A stretch of DNA of 64,000 nucleotides from Hyalangium minutum. Its GTDB lineage: Bacteria > Myxococcota > Myxococcia > Myxococcales > Myxococcaceae. The notes beneath the pieces are model-generated. The model worked only from the letters and a program-made list of their open reading frames with translations, did not search any database and was not told the DNA's origin. Each line of letters begins with the position of its first letter. Positions within the stretch are counted from its first letter, which is position 1. The stretch spans positions 62,001-126,000 of the forward strand of contig NZ_JMCB01000010.1 of the NCBI RefSeq assembly GCF_000737315.1, written 5' to 3'. Positions 45,798-54,542 of this stretch are shown one piece after another. The position numbers and the translations under genes were made by a program.

Positions 45798-46786
45798 GGC
45801 ACGGGCACCGGGTTGTGGCAGGCGGCGGACTGGCCGTCGCGCTTCGCCTCCAGCGGTGGATCCACCCGGGCGCAGACCTCGAGGGCGCGCTCGCAGCGGT
45901 CGCGGAAGCGGCATCCGGTCGGCAGGCGGCGCAGGCTCGGCACCATGCCGGGGATGGTCTTCAACCGCTCGCGCCCTTCCCCACTCTGCACCGCATGGAA
46001 GGACGGAATGGAGCGCAGCAAGCCCGCCGTGTACGGGTGCGCGGGCTGACGGAACAGCGTGCGCACCGAGGCCTGCTCCACCACGCGGCCGGCGTACATC
46101 ACCACCACCGCGTCGCAGCTCTCGGCCACCACGCCCAGATCGTGGGTGATGAGCATCACGGCCATGCCACGCTCGGCCTGGAGCCGCTTGAGCAGGTCGA
46201 GGATCTGCGCCTGGATCGTCACGTCCAGCGCCGTGGTGGGCTCATCCGCGATGACCAGCTCCGGGTTGCACGCCAGAGCCATGGCGATCATCACCCGCTG
46301 GCGCATGCCGCCCGAGAGCTGGTGTGGATACGCGTCCACGCGCTGCTCGGGAGCGGGGATGCCCACCTGCCGCAGCATCTCCACGGCGCGCTCCTTCGCC
46401 TTCTTCCGATCGAGGCCCTGGTGCAGCCGGGCCACTTCGCCGATCTGCTCGCCCACCGTGTAGACGGGGTTCAGCGACGTCATCGGCTCCTGGAAGATCA
46501 TCGAGAGGTGATGGCCGCGAATGCGGCGCATCTCCGGCTCGGAGAGCGCGAGCAGGTTCTTCCCCTTGAAGCGGATCTCCCCACCCACCACCCGGCCCGG
46601 AGGATCCGGCACCAGCCGCATGATGGAGAGCGCGGTGACGCTCTTGCCGCAGCCGCTCTCGCCCACCACTCCGAGCGTGCCCCCAGGAGGAATGGAGAAC
46701 GAGACGTCGTCCACGGCGAGCACCGGTCCCCCCTCCAGGGAGAACCGGGTCTTCAGGCCGCGGACTTCGAGGAGGGGCTCGCTCAT
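45794..46786 (-). CDS. oppD: Oligopeptide ABC transporter ATP-binding subunit (OppD type)
   Basis: [32 protein letters not shown]. Confidence 0.93.
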   Translation of the reverse strand: MSEPLLEVRGLKTRFSLEGGPVLAVDDVSFSIPPGGTLGVVGESGCGKSVTALSIMRLVPDPPGRVVGGEIRFKGKNLLALSEPEMRRIRGHHLSMIFQEPMTSLNPVYTVGEQIGEVARLHQGLDRKKAKERAVEMLRQVGIPAPEQRVDAYPHQLSGGMRQRVMIAMALACNPELVIADEPTTALDVTIQAQILDLLKRLQAERGMAVMLITHDLGVVAESCDAVVVMYAGRVVEQASVRTLFRQPAHPYTAGLLRSIPSFHAVQSGEGRERLKTIPGMVPSLRRLPTGCRFRDRCERALEVCARVDPPLEAKRDGQSAACHNPVPVP

Positions 46787-46802
46787 GGGCCCGCCATTCC
46801 GC

Positions 46803-47774
46803 TCACTTCTGGGAGAGCTCGTCCAGGAACTCCTCCTCCTGGATGACGCGCTTCTTGATGAGCAGCCGGACGAGCGCCGCCACCATCTGGGCGGGCATGA
46901 TCTTCTGCATGGGCGCCAGCGGCTCTTCGCCGTGCGACAGGCGCTCGAGGTTGTCGAGCACCTGCAAATCCTCCTCCGAGAAGTTCGGCGGGAGGTTCGG
47001 ATCGGGCGGCTTCACGTTCTTGGCCGCGCCGCCGAACATGATCACCGGCACCTTGGGCTTGTCCGGATCGGGCGGAGGCGGAGGCGGAGGCTGCGCCGCC
47101 GGGCGCTTCTTCGTCCCGAGCAGATCATCGATGAAGTCCGTGGCCGCTTCCTTGGGAGGAGGCGGCGGGGTGGCGGGCGCAGGCGTCAGGATGGGAGGCC
47201 GGGGCCGAGGCGTGGGCGGAGTGACTTCATCCTCCTCGTTGACGACGTGCCCCTGAAGGATCTGCGCGCCGCGCTCGATCTTCATGCCGCCGACGTCGTC
47301 CTCCTCTCCCAGCGGGACCGCCTGGACGATGTCGAGCTTCTCCCCTCGCGCCGCCATGATCGCCTGGTCGATGTCGTCCGAGGCGGCCACGTACACCTTC
47401 AGCGCCTTGTGGAGCTGGAAGCGCAGCTCATCGATGAGGGAGAGGTCCGCCGGATCCTCCACGGCCACGTGGAGCCGCTCGGTCTTGCCGTCGGTCTCGA
47501 GCTTGAAAGGGACGATGCGGTGCTCGGCCTGGAAGTCCACCGAGACGAGCGTGGCGATCCCGAGGGGGACCTCCGGCAGCTCCACGAAGGGCATGTCGAA
47601 CTGCTGGGCCAGCACGCGCGCGAGCTGCTTGGGGGAGATCATCCCCATGGACACCATCACCGAGCCCAGCCGCGTCCCCTTGCCATACGAGCGCTTCTGG
47701 CCGAGCGCCGTGCGGAGCTGCGCCTCCGTGACGTAACCGGCCTGGACCAGCATCTCGCCAATCTTCTTGCGCAT
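46803..47774 (-). CDS. MshEN/GspE N-terminal domain protein without an ATPase domain (A)
   Basis: [21 protein letters not shown] and [24 protein letters not shown] tandem motifs; VAVEDP; no Walker A. Confidence 0.85.
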   Translation of the reverse strand: MRKKIGEMLVQAGYVTEAQLRTALGQKRSYGKGTRLGSVMVSMGMISPKQLARVLAQQFDMPFVELPEVPLGIATLVSVDFQAEHRIVPFKLETDGKTERLHVAVEDPADLSLIDELRFQLHKALKVYVAASDDIDQAIMAARGEKLDIVQAVPLGEEDDVGGMKIERGAQILQGHVVNEEDEVTPPTPRPRPPILTPAPATPPPPPKEAATDFIDDLLGTKKRPAAQPPPPPPPDPDKPKVPVIMFGGAAKNVKPPDPNLPPNFSEEDLQVLDNLERLSHGEEPLAPMQKIMPAQMVAALVRLLIKKRVIQEEEFLDELSQK

Positions 47775-47783
47775 GACGGGATG

Positions 47784-48551
47784 TTACCGCTTGACCTTGG
47801 CGAGGTACTCCTCGCGAGTGAAGACGCCCTTCTCGATGAGAAGCTCCACCATGGCCTTGAGGGCGGCGACCTCTTTGCGCTGCACCTCCTCGACCGTCTT
47901 CAGCAGCTCGGCGGGACTACCACCCCCGCCCACCGAGGGCATGCCCCCCGTCGAAGGCCGAGCCGGAGCCGCCGCGGGCCGTGCCGGAGGAGGAGGAGGA
48001 GGAGCCGCAGCCGGAGCCGCCCCGGGTTGCGGCGCGTTGCGCATGTCCTTGACGACAGTCCGGCCCTGGGCGTCCAGCACCTTGAAGTTGGTGTCCGCCT
48101 CGCCCAGCTCCGCGTTCTCCTCATAGAGGCGCTGGTAGGCGCGGGCGATGGAGGTGCGGCCCGCCACGTTGGGAACGATGCGGCACTTGGTGATGGCGCG
48201 CAGTTCGTCCAGGTGGCGCACGTTGAGGGGGTCCGCCACGGCGACCACCAGCGTCTTGCCGTCGTCGCGCAGCTGCAGCGGCAGCACCGCGAAGTCGCGG
48301 GCCGTCTGCGAGGGAATCTTGGAGCGCACGTGCGGTGGAATTACCTGCACGGCGTCCAGGTTGACGGCGGGGATGTTGAGCTGCTTGGACAGCGCCCGGA
48401 CGAGGATGTCCTCGGACACCATGCTCATGCGGACCAGGATCTCTCCCAGCTTGCCGCCCCACTTTGCCTGCTCCGCCAGAGCCGCCTTGAGCTGGCTCTC
48501 CTGGAGCACGTTCGCCTTGATCAGCAGTTCACCGAGCTTGATCTGTGCCAT
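47784..48551 (-). CDS. MshEN/GspE N-terminal domain protein without an ATPase domain (B)
   Basis: KLGELLIKANVLQESQLKAALAEQ and KLGEILVRMSMVSEDILVRALSKQ; VAVADP; no Walker A. Confidence 0.85.
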   Translation of the reverse strand: MAQIKLGELLIKANVLQESQLKAALAEQAKWGGKLGEILVRMSMVSEDILVRALSKQLNIPAVNLDAVQVIPPHVRSKIPSQTARDFAVLPLQLRDDGKTLVVAVADPLNVRHLDELRAITKCRIVPNVAGRTSIARAYQRLYEENAELGEADTNFKVLDAQGRTVVKDMRNAPQPGAAPAAAPPPPPPARPAAAPARPSTGGMPSVGGGGSPAELLKTVEEVQRKEVAALKAMVELLIEKGVFTREEYLAKVKR

Positions 48552-48639
48552 GTCGCATCCGGGGGGAAACCCGACTGTCCCCGTAAGGGGGCCATTTTAG
48601 ACAGAGTTTGTCGTTTGGGGCGCATTTCCGGACGCCTTT

Positions 48640-49467
48640 TCAGGAGCCGGGCGGCCCAGGGGACGGGGAAGCAGGCGCGGGACTCACTTCCCGGCCCTTG
48701 GCGTCCACCTCCACCACGCGTGCGCCCTCGGGGGGAGCCAGCTCGTAGAGGGTCAGGTCCGGGGGGGCGTTCAGTGCCACATCGCTGTAGCGCAGCCGGA
48801 GTTCCGTCTCAGCCGCCTGGGCGATGAGCTTCACCTCCTTGGGGAAGAGCGCCGCGCCCTCCTGCTTGAAGTTGCCGAAGGCCAGATCGTACCCCGGCAC
48901 GCCGCGGACCTCACTGCGTACCACCCGGTAGAACTTGGTGTGAACCTGGAGCGTCTGCGTCACCGAGCCCCGGAAGAGCTTGAGGACGTAGACGCCCTCG
49001 CCCCGGTCCAGCTCCAGCGTCTTGCGCTCGGCGGGGATGAACGGCACCTGCCCGAGCATCACGGCCACCAGTTCCTCGCTCGGCAGCACCACCGGCAGGA
49101 AGCGCGAGACGTTCTCCGGGCTCGCGGGGCCTTGATAGAAGGTGTTGCCCTCCGTCTGGTAGAGCCCGAAGCGTTGGCCGTCCGACACCAGCGCCGCCAC
49201 GGGCCGGTTGAAGAAGTCGAAAGTCTCCATGTGGAGCAGCCCCGGGCGGGAGATGGCCAGGAACATGGAGAGGGTGCCGCTGCCCTGGGGGGTGCTCACG
49301 TGGAGCTTGGCGTCTCCCTGGATGGTGATGAGGTTGGCCTGAGCCTGGCTCACCAGGCTGAAGAGCTTCTCCGGGTCATCAATGGGGCCCTCGGGGCCGA
49401 ATTCGATGCGGTGAGGACAGCCTGAACAGACGACTGCCAGGAAGATTGCTGCGGCCAGGCGGTTCAT
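48640..49467 (-). CDS. DUF4292/LolB-like lipoprotein
   Basis: Start ATG 49467; lipobox VCSGC; LolA/LolB-like beta-sheet pattern. The longer 687-aa ORF is a shadow of exbB/exbD. Confidence 0.72.
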   Translation of the reverse strand: MNRLAAAIFLAVVCSGCPHRIEFGPEGPIDDPEKLFSLVSQAQANLITIQGDAKLHVSTPQGSGTLSMFLAISRPGLLHMETFDFFNRPVAALVSDGQRFGLYQTEGNTFYQGPASPENVSRFLPVVLPSEELVAVMLGQVPFIPAERKTLELDRGEGVYVLKLFRGSVTQTLQVHTKFYRVVRSEVRGVPGYDLAFGNFKQEGAALFPKEVKLIAQAAETELRLRYSDVALNAPPDLTLYELAPPEGARVVEVDAKGREVSPAPASPSPGPPGS

Positions 49468-49509
49468 GGCGTAAGTCTCGGCTTTGCTGAGCTTCCTGGC
49501 CACCATTCC

Positions 49510-50223
49510 ATGAGCTTGAACGAACTTCTCCACTATCTGCGCCTGGGCGGGGTCACCCTCGCCATCCTCTTGCTGGCCTCCGTGGTGGCGCTGGGGGTGG
49601 CCATCGAGCGCCTCATCGCCTTGTGGGGGGTGAGCGAGCGCTCCCGGACCCTGGGCGAGACGGTCCACAAACACCTGCTGCGCGGGGATGTGGCCGCGGC
49701 CCGGACGGCCTCGGAGCGCTCGGACGCGGTGGTGGCGGACATCTTCCTGGCCGGCTTCGACCGGATGGAGCGCGCGAGGGCCAACGGGGGCAGCGGTGTG
49801 GAGTCCGCGGTGGAGCGAGAGCGGGCCCAGGTGGGCCTGAAGCTGCGGCGCAACCTGTGGATCCTGGCGACCATCGGCTCGATTACGCCGTTCGTAGGCC
49901 TGTTCGGCACGGTGGCGGGCATCATGCGGTCCTTCAAGGACCTGGGCATCGACGTGGAGTCGGGCGGCACGGGCGGCACGGCGACGGTGATGACGGGCAT
50001 CTCCGAGGCGCTGGTGGCCACGGCGGTGGGCATCCTCGTGGCGGTACAGGCGATGGTCTTCTACAACTACTTCCAGGCGCGGCTGTCGCGGGTGTTCGTG
50101 GAGCTGCGGCTGCTGGGGGACGAGTTCGTGGAGCTCCTGAAGGAGCGCCCGGCCTCGCCCGTACCCGCTCCTGCCCCCTCCCCTTCCGAGCCCGCCGTCC
50201 GCGGCGACGCCCCTCACGCCTGA
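49510..50223 (+). CDS. exbB: MotA/TolQ/ExbB proton-channel protein
   Basis: TIGSITPFVGLFGTVAGIM, GISEALVATAVG. Confidence 0.9.
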   Translation: MSLNELLHYLRLGGVTLAILLLASVVALGVAIERLIALWGVSERSRTLGETVHKHLLRGDVAAARTASERSDAVVADIFLAGFDRMERARANGGSGVESAVERERAQVGLKLRRNLWILATIGSITPFVGLFGTVAGIMRSFKDLGIDVESGGTGGTATVMTGISEALVATAVGILVAVQAMVFYNYFQARLSRVFVELRLLGDEFVELLKERPASPVPAPAPSPSEPAVRGDAPHA

Positions 50224-50238
50224 GCCGAGGTTCCTCCG

Positions 50239-50694
50239 ATGGCCATGGGAAAGACCCCAGGGAACCGGGACGACGAGGGCGATGAGGGTGTCTTCGCGGA
50301 GATCAACATCACTCCGCTCACGGACATCTTCCTGGTGCTGCTCATCATCTTCATGGTGACGAGCACCGTGATCGTCCAGCAGGGCCCTGGCGGCGGCGCG
50401 AAGGCGGGCCTGAAGGTGAACCTGCCCAAGGGCGGCGCCACGGATGTCACGGCGCGGTCTACGGATCTCTCGGTGGCCGTGCTGGCGGATGGACGGTACG
50501 TGCTGAGCGGGAACGTCGTCACCACGGACGAGCTGAAGGCGGCGTTCGACAAGGCGAGGACGGAGAACCCGGAGACGCTGGTCATCGTCCAGGCGGACGA
50601 GGGCGTGCCACACGGCACCGTGGTCCAGGTGATGGAGCTGGCCAAGAAGGCAGGCTTGGCACAGCTGGCCATCGGCGTGCGCGACGGCGAGTAG
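50239..50694 (+). CDS. exbD: ExbD/TolR family protein
   Basis: EINITPLTDIFLVLLIIFMV with the conserved Asp; IVQADE. Confidence 0.9.
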   Translation: MAMGKTPGNRDDEGDEGVFAEINITPLTDIFLVLLIIFMVTSTVIVQQGPGGGAKAGLKVNLPKGGATDVTARSTDLSVAVLADGRYVLSGNVVTTDELKAAFDKARTENPETLVIVQADEGVPHGTVVQVMELAKKAGLAQLAIGVRDGE

Positions 50695-50707
50695 TCCCTG
50701 CACACGC

Positions 50708-52531
50708 TCACTGCAGGGTCACGTTCGCAGCGGCCTGGGTGGCCGGGGCGGAGTTGACCGGCATCTCCGCGTCCTTGAAGCCCTCCTTGCGGACGCGGAC
50801 CTTGTACTCGCCCTTGTCCACGCTCTTGAAGCGATACTGGCCGGTCTCGTTGCTCCGGGTGGACTGGACGATGCGGCCCTTCTCGTCCACCAGCTCGACC
50901 ACGGCGTTGGAGGCCTGCTGGCCATTGCCCAGCGCGAGCCCGCCCGCCACCTCGCCATACTGGGCGTACTGGCTCTCCGGTGTGTCGTGCGTGAACAGCA
51001 GGCGCTCCTGCTGCAACACCGCGCCCTTCTCGTCCACGAAGGAGAACTCGGCGAAGTAACGGCCCGTGCGGAACGGCTTGCCGTCCTGGCCCTTGCCGCC
51101 GAAGGTGAACGTCATCGGTCCCTGGGCGCTCGGCCGCGTCTCCTGGAACATCTGGGTGCCAGGCTGCGGCTGGCCGTCCTTCATGTCTGCGATGCGCACG
51201 CGCAGTTCCACCCGGCCGGAACGCTCCTTCGGGGCGATGTTGCGCGCGGCCAGCTCCGTCCCACTGCTGGTGAAGCGCGAGCCCAGCGAGGTGAGGAACA
51301 CGTTGCCCGCGTACACCTCCAGCCGCCGCCGGCTCACCTGCCCCTGGGTGTTGGTGGCCACCACGTCCACGGTGTGCTTGCCGTCGCTCAGGCCCTTCGT
51401 GTCCCAGGTGTAGCTGAGCTTGCCGCCCTGCGCCTTCTGCGCGGAGCGATCATCGATGAGCAGTTCCACCTTCTGGATGCCCTTGCCCGTGTTGTCGCGG
51501 GCATCCACCTGGATCGTCTGAGAGGGAGCGACGTGCTCGCCGTCCCGGAGGCCACTCACGGCCACGCTCACCACATCCACGGAGACGAGCCCGAGCACTG
51601 CCCACAGCGCCTCGGCCTTGCCGCTGCCCGCCGCGCCCCAGCCTCCGTCCTTCTGCTGATGGGACACCAACCAGCGGATGCCGCGAGACACGGGGGTGTC
51701 CTCCTCGGTGAAGCCCGCCTGCCGGAGCGCATACACGGTCTGCCCCGTGGCGAACGGATCCGAGGTGCCAGCCGAGAAGCCCCAGCCCCCATCCTTCTGC
51801 TGGAGCGAGACGAGGTAGCGCGCCACCTTCCCCGCGACATCCTCCGAGCGGCTCGCGCCCGCGGCGGTGAGCCCCAGCAGAGCGTAGTTCACGTCTTGCA
51901 GATAAATGCCCTCGGGCTTGCCCTCCCACGAGGCCGCCTTCTGGGCGATGAACTCCTCCGCCCTGCGGATGGGCGCCAGCCACGCATCATCCGCCGTGCG
52001 CGCATAGGCCTGCCGCCAGGTCTGCATGGCCTGATAGGTGGCCTGCATGAGGCCTGCGGTCACCGGGCGCGACTCGTGATCACCCTGCACCGAGCCATCC
52101 TTCTGCTGGTACTCCAAGAGGGTCCGCGCCAGCTTGAGCAGGTCGTCGCGCAGCTTGGAGTCCACGTACTGGTCATAGCGGGCAAAGGCCACGCCACCGA
52201 AGGTGCGCGCAGTGCGCGGGAAGAGGCTCTGGCTCAGGCCGCCTGCGGTGCGCGCTCCGCCCTGCGAGTGAAGGACGCCCTCCAGGATGATGCCCAGCTC
52301 CTTCTGGGGGACGTTGTATTGGTTCTGCTTGCCCACCGCGAGGCCCTCCAGGGTCACCGCCTGGACGTGGCAGCCGTAGCACTGGTGTTGCTGCTGCCAT
52401 GCGGCGGTCGAGCGCGCCAGGAAGGTGATGCCACGCTGGGCGGCCTCGCGAACCTTGGGGTCGCCCTGGGCTGCCAAGGCAGGTAGGGCGAAGAGAAGAG
52501 ACACGACCAGGGTAAGCCGGGACGACGGCAT
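50708..52531 (-). CDS. Secreted prenyltransferase/squalene-cyclase-like alpha/alpha barrel with a CxxCH motif, Ig-like domains and a carboxypeptidase-regulatory-like C-terminus
   Basis: Signal peptide; CYGCH; QQKDGS and two QQKDGGW (QW-type) repeats; YTWDTKGLSDGKHTV Ig domain; TRSNETGQYRF...GEYKVRV Cna-B-like domain. Confidence 0.8.
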   Translation of the reverse strand: MPSSRLTLVVSLLFALPALAAQGDPKVREAAQRGITFLARSTAAWQQQHQCYGCHVQAVTLEGLAVGKQNQYNVPQKELGIILEGVLHSQGGARTAGGLSQSLFPRTARTFGGVAFARYDQYVDSKLRDDLLKLARTLLEYQQKDGSVQGDHESRPVTAGLMQATYQAMQTWRQAYARTADDAWLAPIRRAEEFIAQKAASWEGKPEGIYLQDVNYALLGLTAAGASRSEDVAGKVARYLVSLQQKDGGWGFSAGTSDPFATGQTVYALRQAGFTEEDTPVSRGIRWLVSHQQKDGGWGAAGSGKAEALWAVLGLVSVDVVSVAVSGLRDGEHVAPSQTIQVDARDNTGKGIQKVELLIDDRSAQKAQGGKLSYTWDTKGLSDGKHTVDVVATNTQGQVSRRRLEVYAGNVFLTSLGSRFTSSGTELAARNIAPKERSGRVELRVRIADMKDGQPQPGTQMFQETRPSAQGPMTFTFGGKGQDGKPFRTGRYFAEFSFVDEKGAVLQQERLLFTHDTPESQYAQYGEVAGGLALGNGQQASNAVVELVDEKGRIVQSTRSNETGQYRFKSVDKGEYKVRVRKEGFKDAEMPVNSAPATQAAANVTLQ

Positions 52532-52583
52532 GGAGACCTCGCGGGGGTTGGCGCCCCTGGAACGCGCGAGGTTCCCAAAGGTT

Positions 52584-53360
52584 TTATTCTCGCATCACGA
52601 GACTGCAGCAGGTGACCGCGCCTTCGGCCTTCTGCAGCTCCGACACATCCACGGGGGTGACGGAGATCCCCGCGTCCTCGAGCCGCCGCTGCGTGCGCGG
52701 GAAACAAGCCGGATATACCACCCCTCCCCCGAGCCACAGTGCATTGGCGGCGTGCTCCTCGCCCGGATCGGCTTCGATCAGGCGGAAGCTCGCGAACGCA
52801 GCGGAATCCACCCACGCCGGCTGCACCAGCAGCGTGTCATCCGCGACCTGGGTGACCGCGGACTTCAGGTGCAGACAGCCACGGATGGGCACGGATTGCA
52901 CCGAGTACCCGAACTCGGCGGTATGAGCGCGCAGCTGGGCGATCCCCACCGGGTTGCTGCGCGCCGACTGGCCGACATACAGCGAGCGGCCCACGCGCAG
53001 CACATCGCCACCATCCAGCGTGCCCGGCGCTTCGAGTGTGCGCAGCGGGCGATGGCGCGCCAGCACCTCCGCCACCGAAGAGACCTCCGCGCGGCGTGAC
53101 TCCGCACCCGGCCGCGTCAGGATCGCGACCTCATCCAACACCACCGCCACGTCCTCGACGAAGACGGCATCGGGCAAGGCGTCCTCAGCCGGGAGCGCCA
53201 GCACTTGGCACCCGAGCGACTCGAGCGCCTTCCGGTAGGCCTCATGCTGCGTGGCGGCCACGGAGACATCGATCGCACTGCGCTGCACGAATGACAGCTC
53301 GCAGCCTCCGAGACTGGAACTCACATCACGGGTGATCGCAATGAGCTTGGGACCTGGCAT
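52584..53360 (-). CDS. ddaH: N(G),N(G)-dimethylarginine dimethylaminohydrolase
   Basis: AVFVED (Asp), LDGGDVL, CLHLKS (His), GAVTCCS (Cys) amidinotransferase-fold triad. Confidence 0.88.
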   Translation of the reverse strand: MPGPKLIAITRDVSSSLGGCELSFVQRSAIDVSVAATQHEAYRKALESLGCQVLALPAEDALPDAVFVEDVAVVLDEVAILTRPGAESRRAEVSSVAEVLARHRPLRTLEAPGTLDGGDVLRVGRSLYVGQSARSNPVGIAQLRAHTAEFGYSVQSVPIRGCLHLKSAVTQVADDTLLVQPAWVDSAAFASFRLIEADPGEEHAANALWLGGGVVYPACFPRTQRRLEDAGISVTPVDVSELQKAEGAVTCCSLVMRE

Positions 53361-53366
53361 GGTGCC

Positions 53367-54194
53367 TCACGCCGGCTTCCGGCCCGAGCTGATGGGCACG
53401 TGCCACACCGCGTACTGGGGCGGAGTCTCGATCGCCGAGACCATGGTGTTGAAGTCGGCGGTGACCTCGGACTGGGAGCGACCACTGGCCTCGGCCAGAG
53501 GCTTCACATAGCCATCCCTCCAGGCCTTGAGGATGCCAGCGAAGGTGGCTCGCGGCACGCGCAGCGTGTCCACGGTCACGTAATCCATCGCGATGTCGAG
53601 GTATCCGAATCGATCCAGCAAAGGAGGCGAATGGCGGCCGATGCGGACATCGCAGCCGATGCGGCCTCCGAAAGGAACCAAGTGCGTGTTCCAGAACCGG
53701 TCCGGATCGAAGGATCCCCCGGGCGGAGCAGGCATGTGCAACATGCCGTAGTCCTCGGACAGCAGGTGCAGCCATCCACCAGGCTTGAGCACGCGGGTGA
53801 TCTCGGCCAGCACCTGAGGGAAGTCGGGCACCGCCTGAGACACGTGCCGACACACCACGAGCTCGAAGCTGGAATCCGGGTGCTTCAGCGCGAAGGCATC
53901 GCCCTGCTCGTAGCGAATGCGCCCACCGAACACGTCCCCCTGACGAGCGATCGCGAGGTTCGACTCCAAGATGTCGATGCCAATCAGGCGCGCCTGCGGA
54001 TAGCGGGAGGCCAGCCGCCGGGTGATCTCGCCGGTGCCACAGCCGAGATCGAGGATGCTCAGCGGGCCCGACAGGCCATAGCGATCGAAGAGGCGCTGTT
54101 CCTGCGGCCAGATGGCCCCGGCTTGATGAGCGAGGGTGCGCGTCATCGACTCGTCGCCCATCTGCTCGGCCTGCGGATTGCGATCATTCTCCAT
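53367..54194 (-). CDS. Class I SAM-dependent methyltransferase
   Basis: ILDLGCGTGE motif I, QGDAFAL, EITRVLKPGG. Confidence 0.92.
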   Translation of the reverse strand: MENDRNPQAEQMGDESMTRTLAHQAGAIWPQEQRLFDRYGLSGPLSILDLGCGTGEITRRLASRYPQARLIGIDILESNLAIARQGDVFGGRIRYEQGDAFALKHPDSSFELVVCRHVSQAVPDFPQVLAEITRVLKPGGWLHLLSEDYGMLHMPAPPGGSFDPDRFWNTHLVPFGGRIGCDVRIGRHSPPLLDRFGYLDIAMDYVTVDTLRVPRATFAGILKAWRDGYVKPLAEASGRSQSEVTADFNTMVSAIETPPQYAVWHVPISSGRKPA

Positions 54195-54238
54195 GCAGAA
54201 TGTCCTTCTATGGCCTGTTCCGGTGCTCTTGAGCGCAC

Positions 54239-54538
54239 CTACTTGGCGTCATCTTCGTCGGTTCCGGGGTCAGGGGCTTCACGCTCGAGTTGCTCGGCGA
54301 TGGTCCTCACCTGCATCTCCGCCGCTTGGATCTTCCCGCGGCAAAGTGTCACGAGCTCGGCGGCTTCCTTCACCAGCCCGGAGAGCGCGTCGACGTCGAC
54401 CTCGCCTTCCTCGATCTCCCGCAGGATCGCCTCCAGACGTGACGCAGCCTCACCATAGGAAGGCTCGCTCGTCGACCGCTTCTGCTTCGCCATGTCCCCG
54501 CCAGGAGCCTTCTTCATCGAGTGCTTGGACTTTGCCAT
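54239..54538 (-). CDS. xseB: Exodeoxyribonuclease VII small subunit (copy 2)
   Basis: SYGEAASRLEAILREIEEGEVDVDALSGLVKEAAELVTLCRGKIQAAEMQV. Confidence 0.9.
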   Translation of the reverse strand: MAKSKHSMKKAPGGDMAKQKRSTSEPSYGEAASRLEAILREIEEGEVDVDALSGLVKEAAELVTLCRGKIQAAEMQVRTIAEQLEREAPDPGTDEDDAK

Positions 54539-54542
54539 ACGC

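Noticed and set aside
48640-50703. 687-aa ORF as a single protein
   Set aside because: The first ~410 codons are antisense to exbB/exbD; only the part from ATG 49467 has a signal peptide and a plausible fold.
50708-52531. True squalene-hopene cyclase or alpha-2-macroglobulin
   Set aside because: No DxDD motif, only one barrel, exported, and no CxEQ thioester motif.
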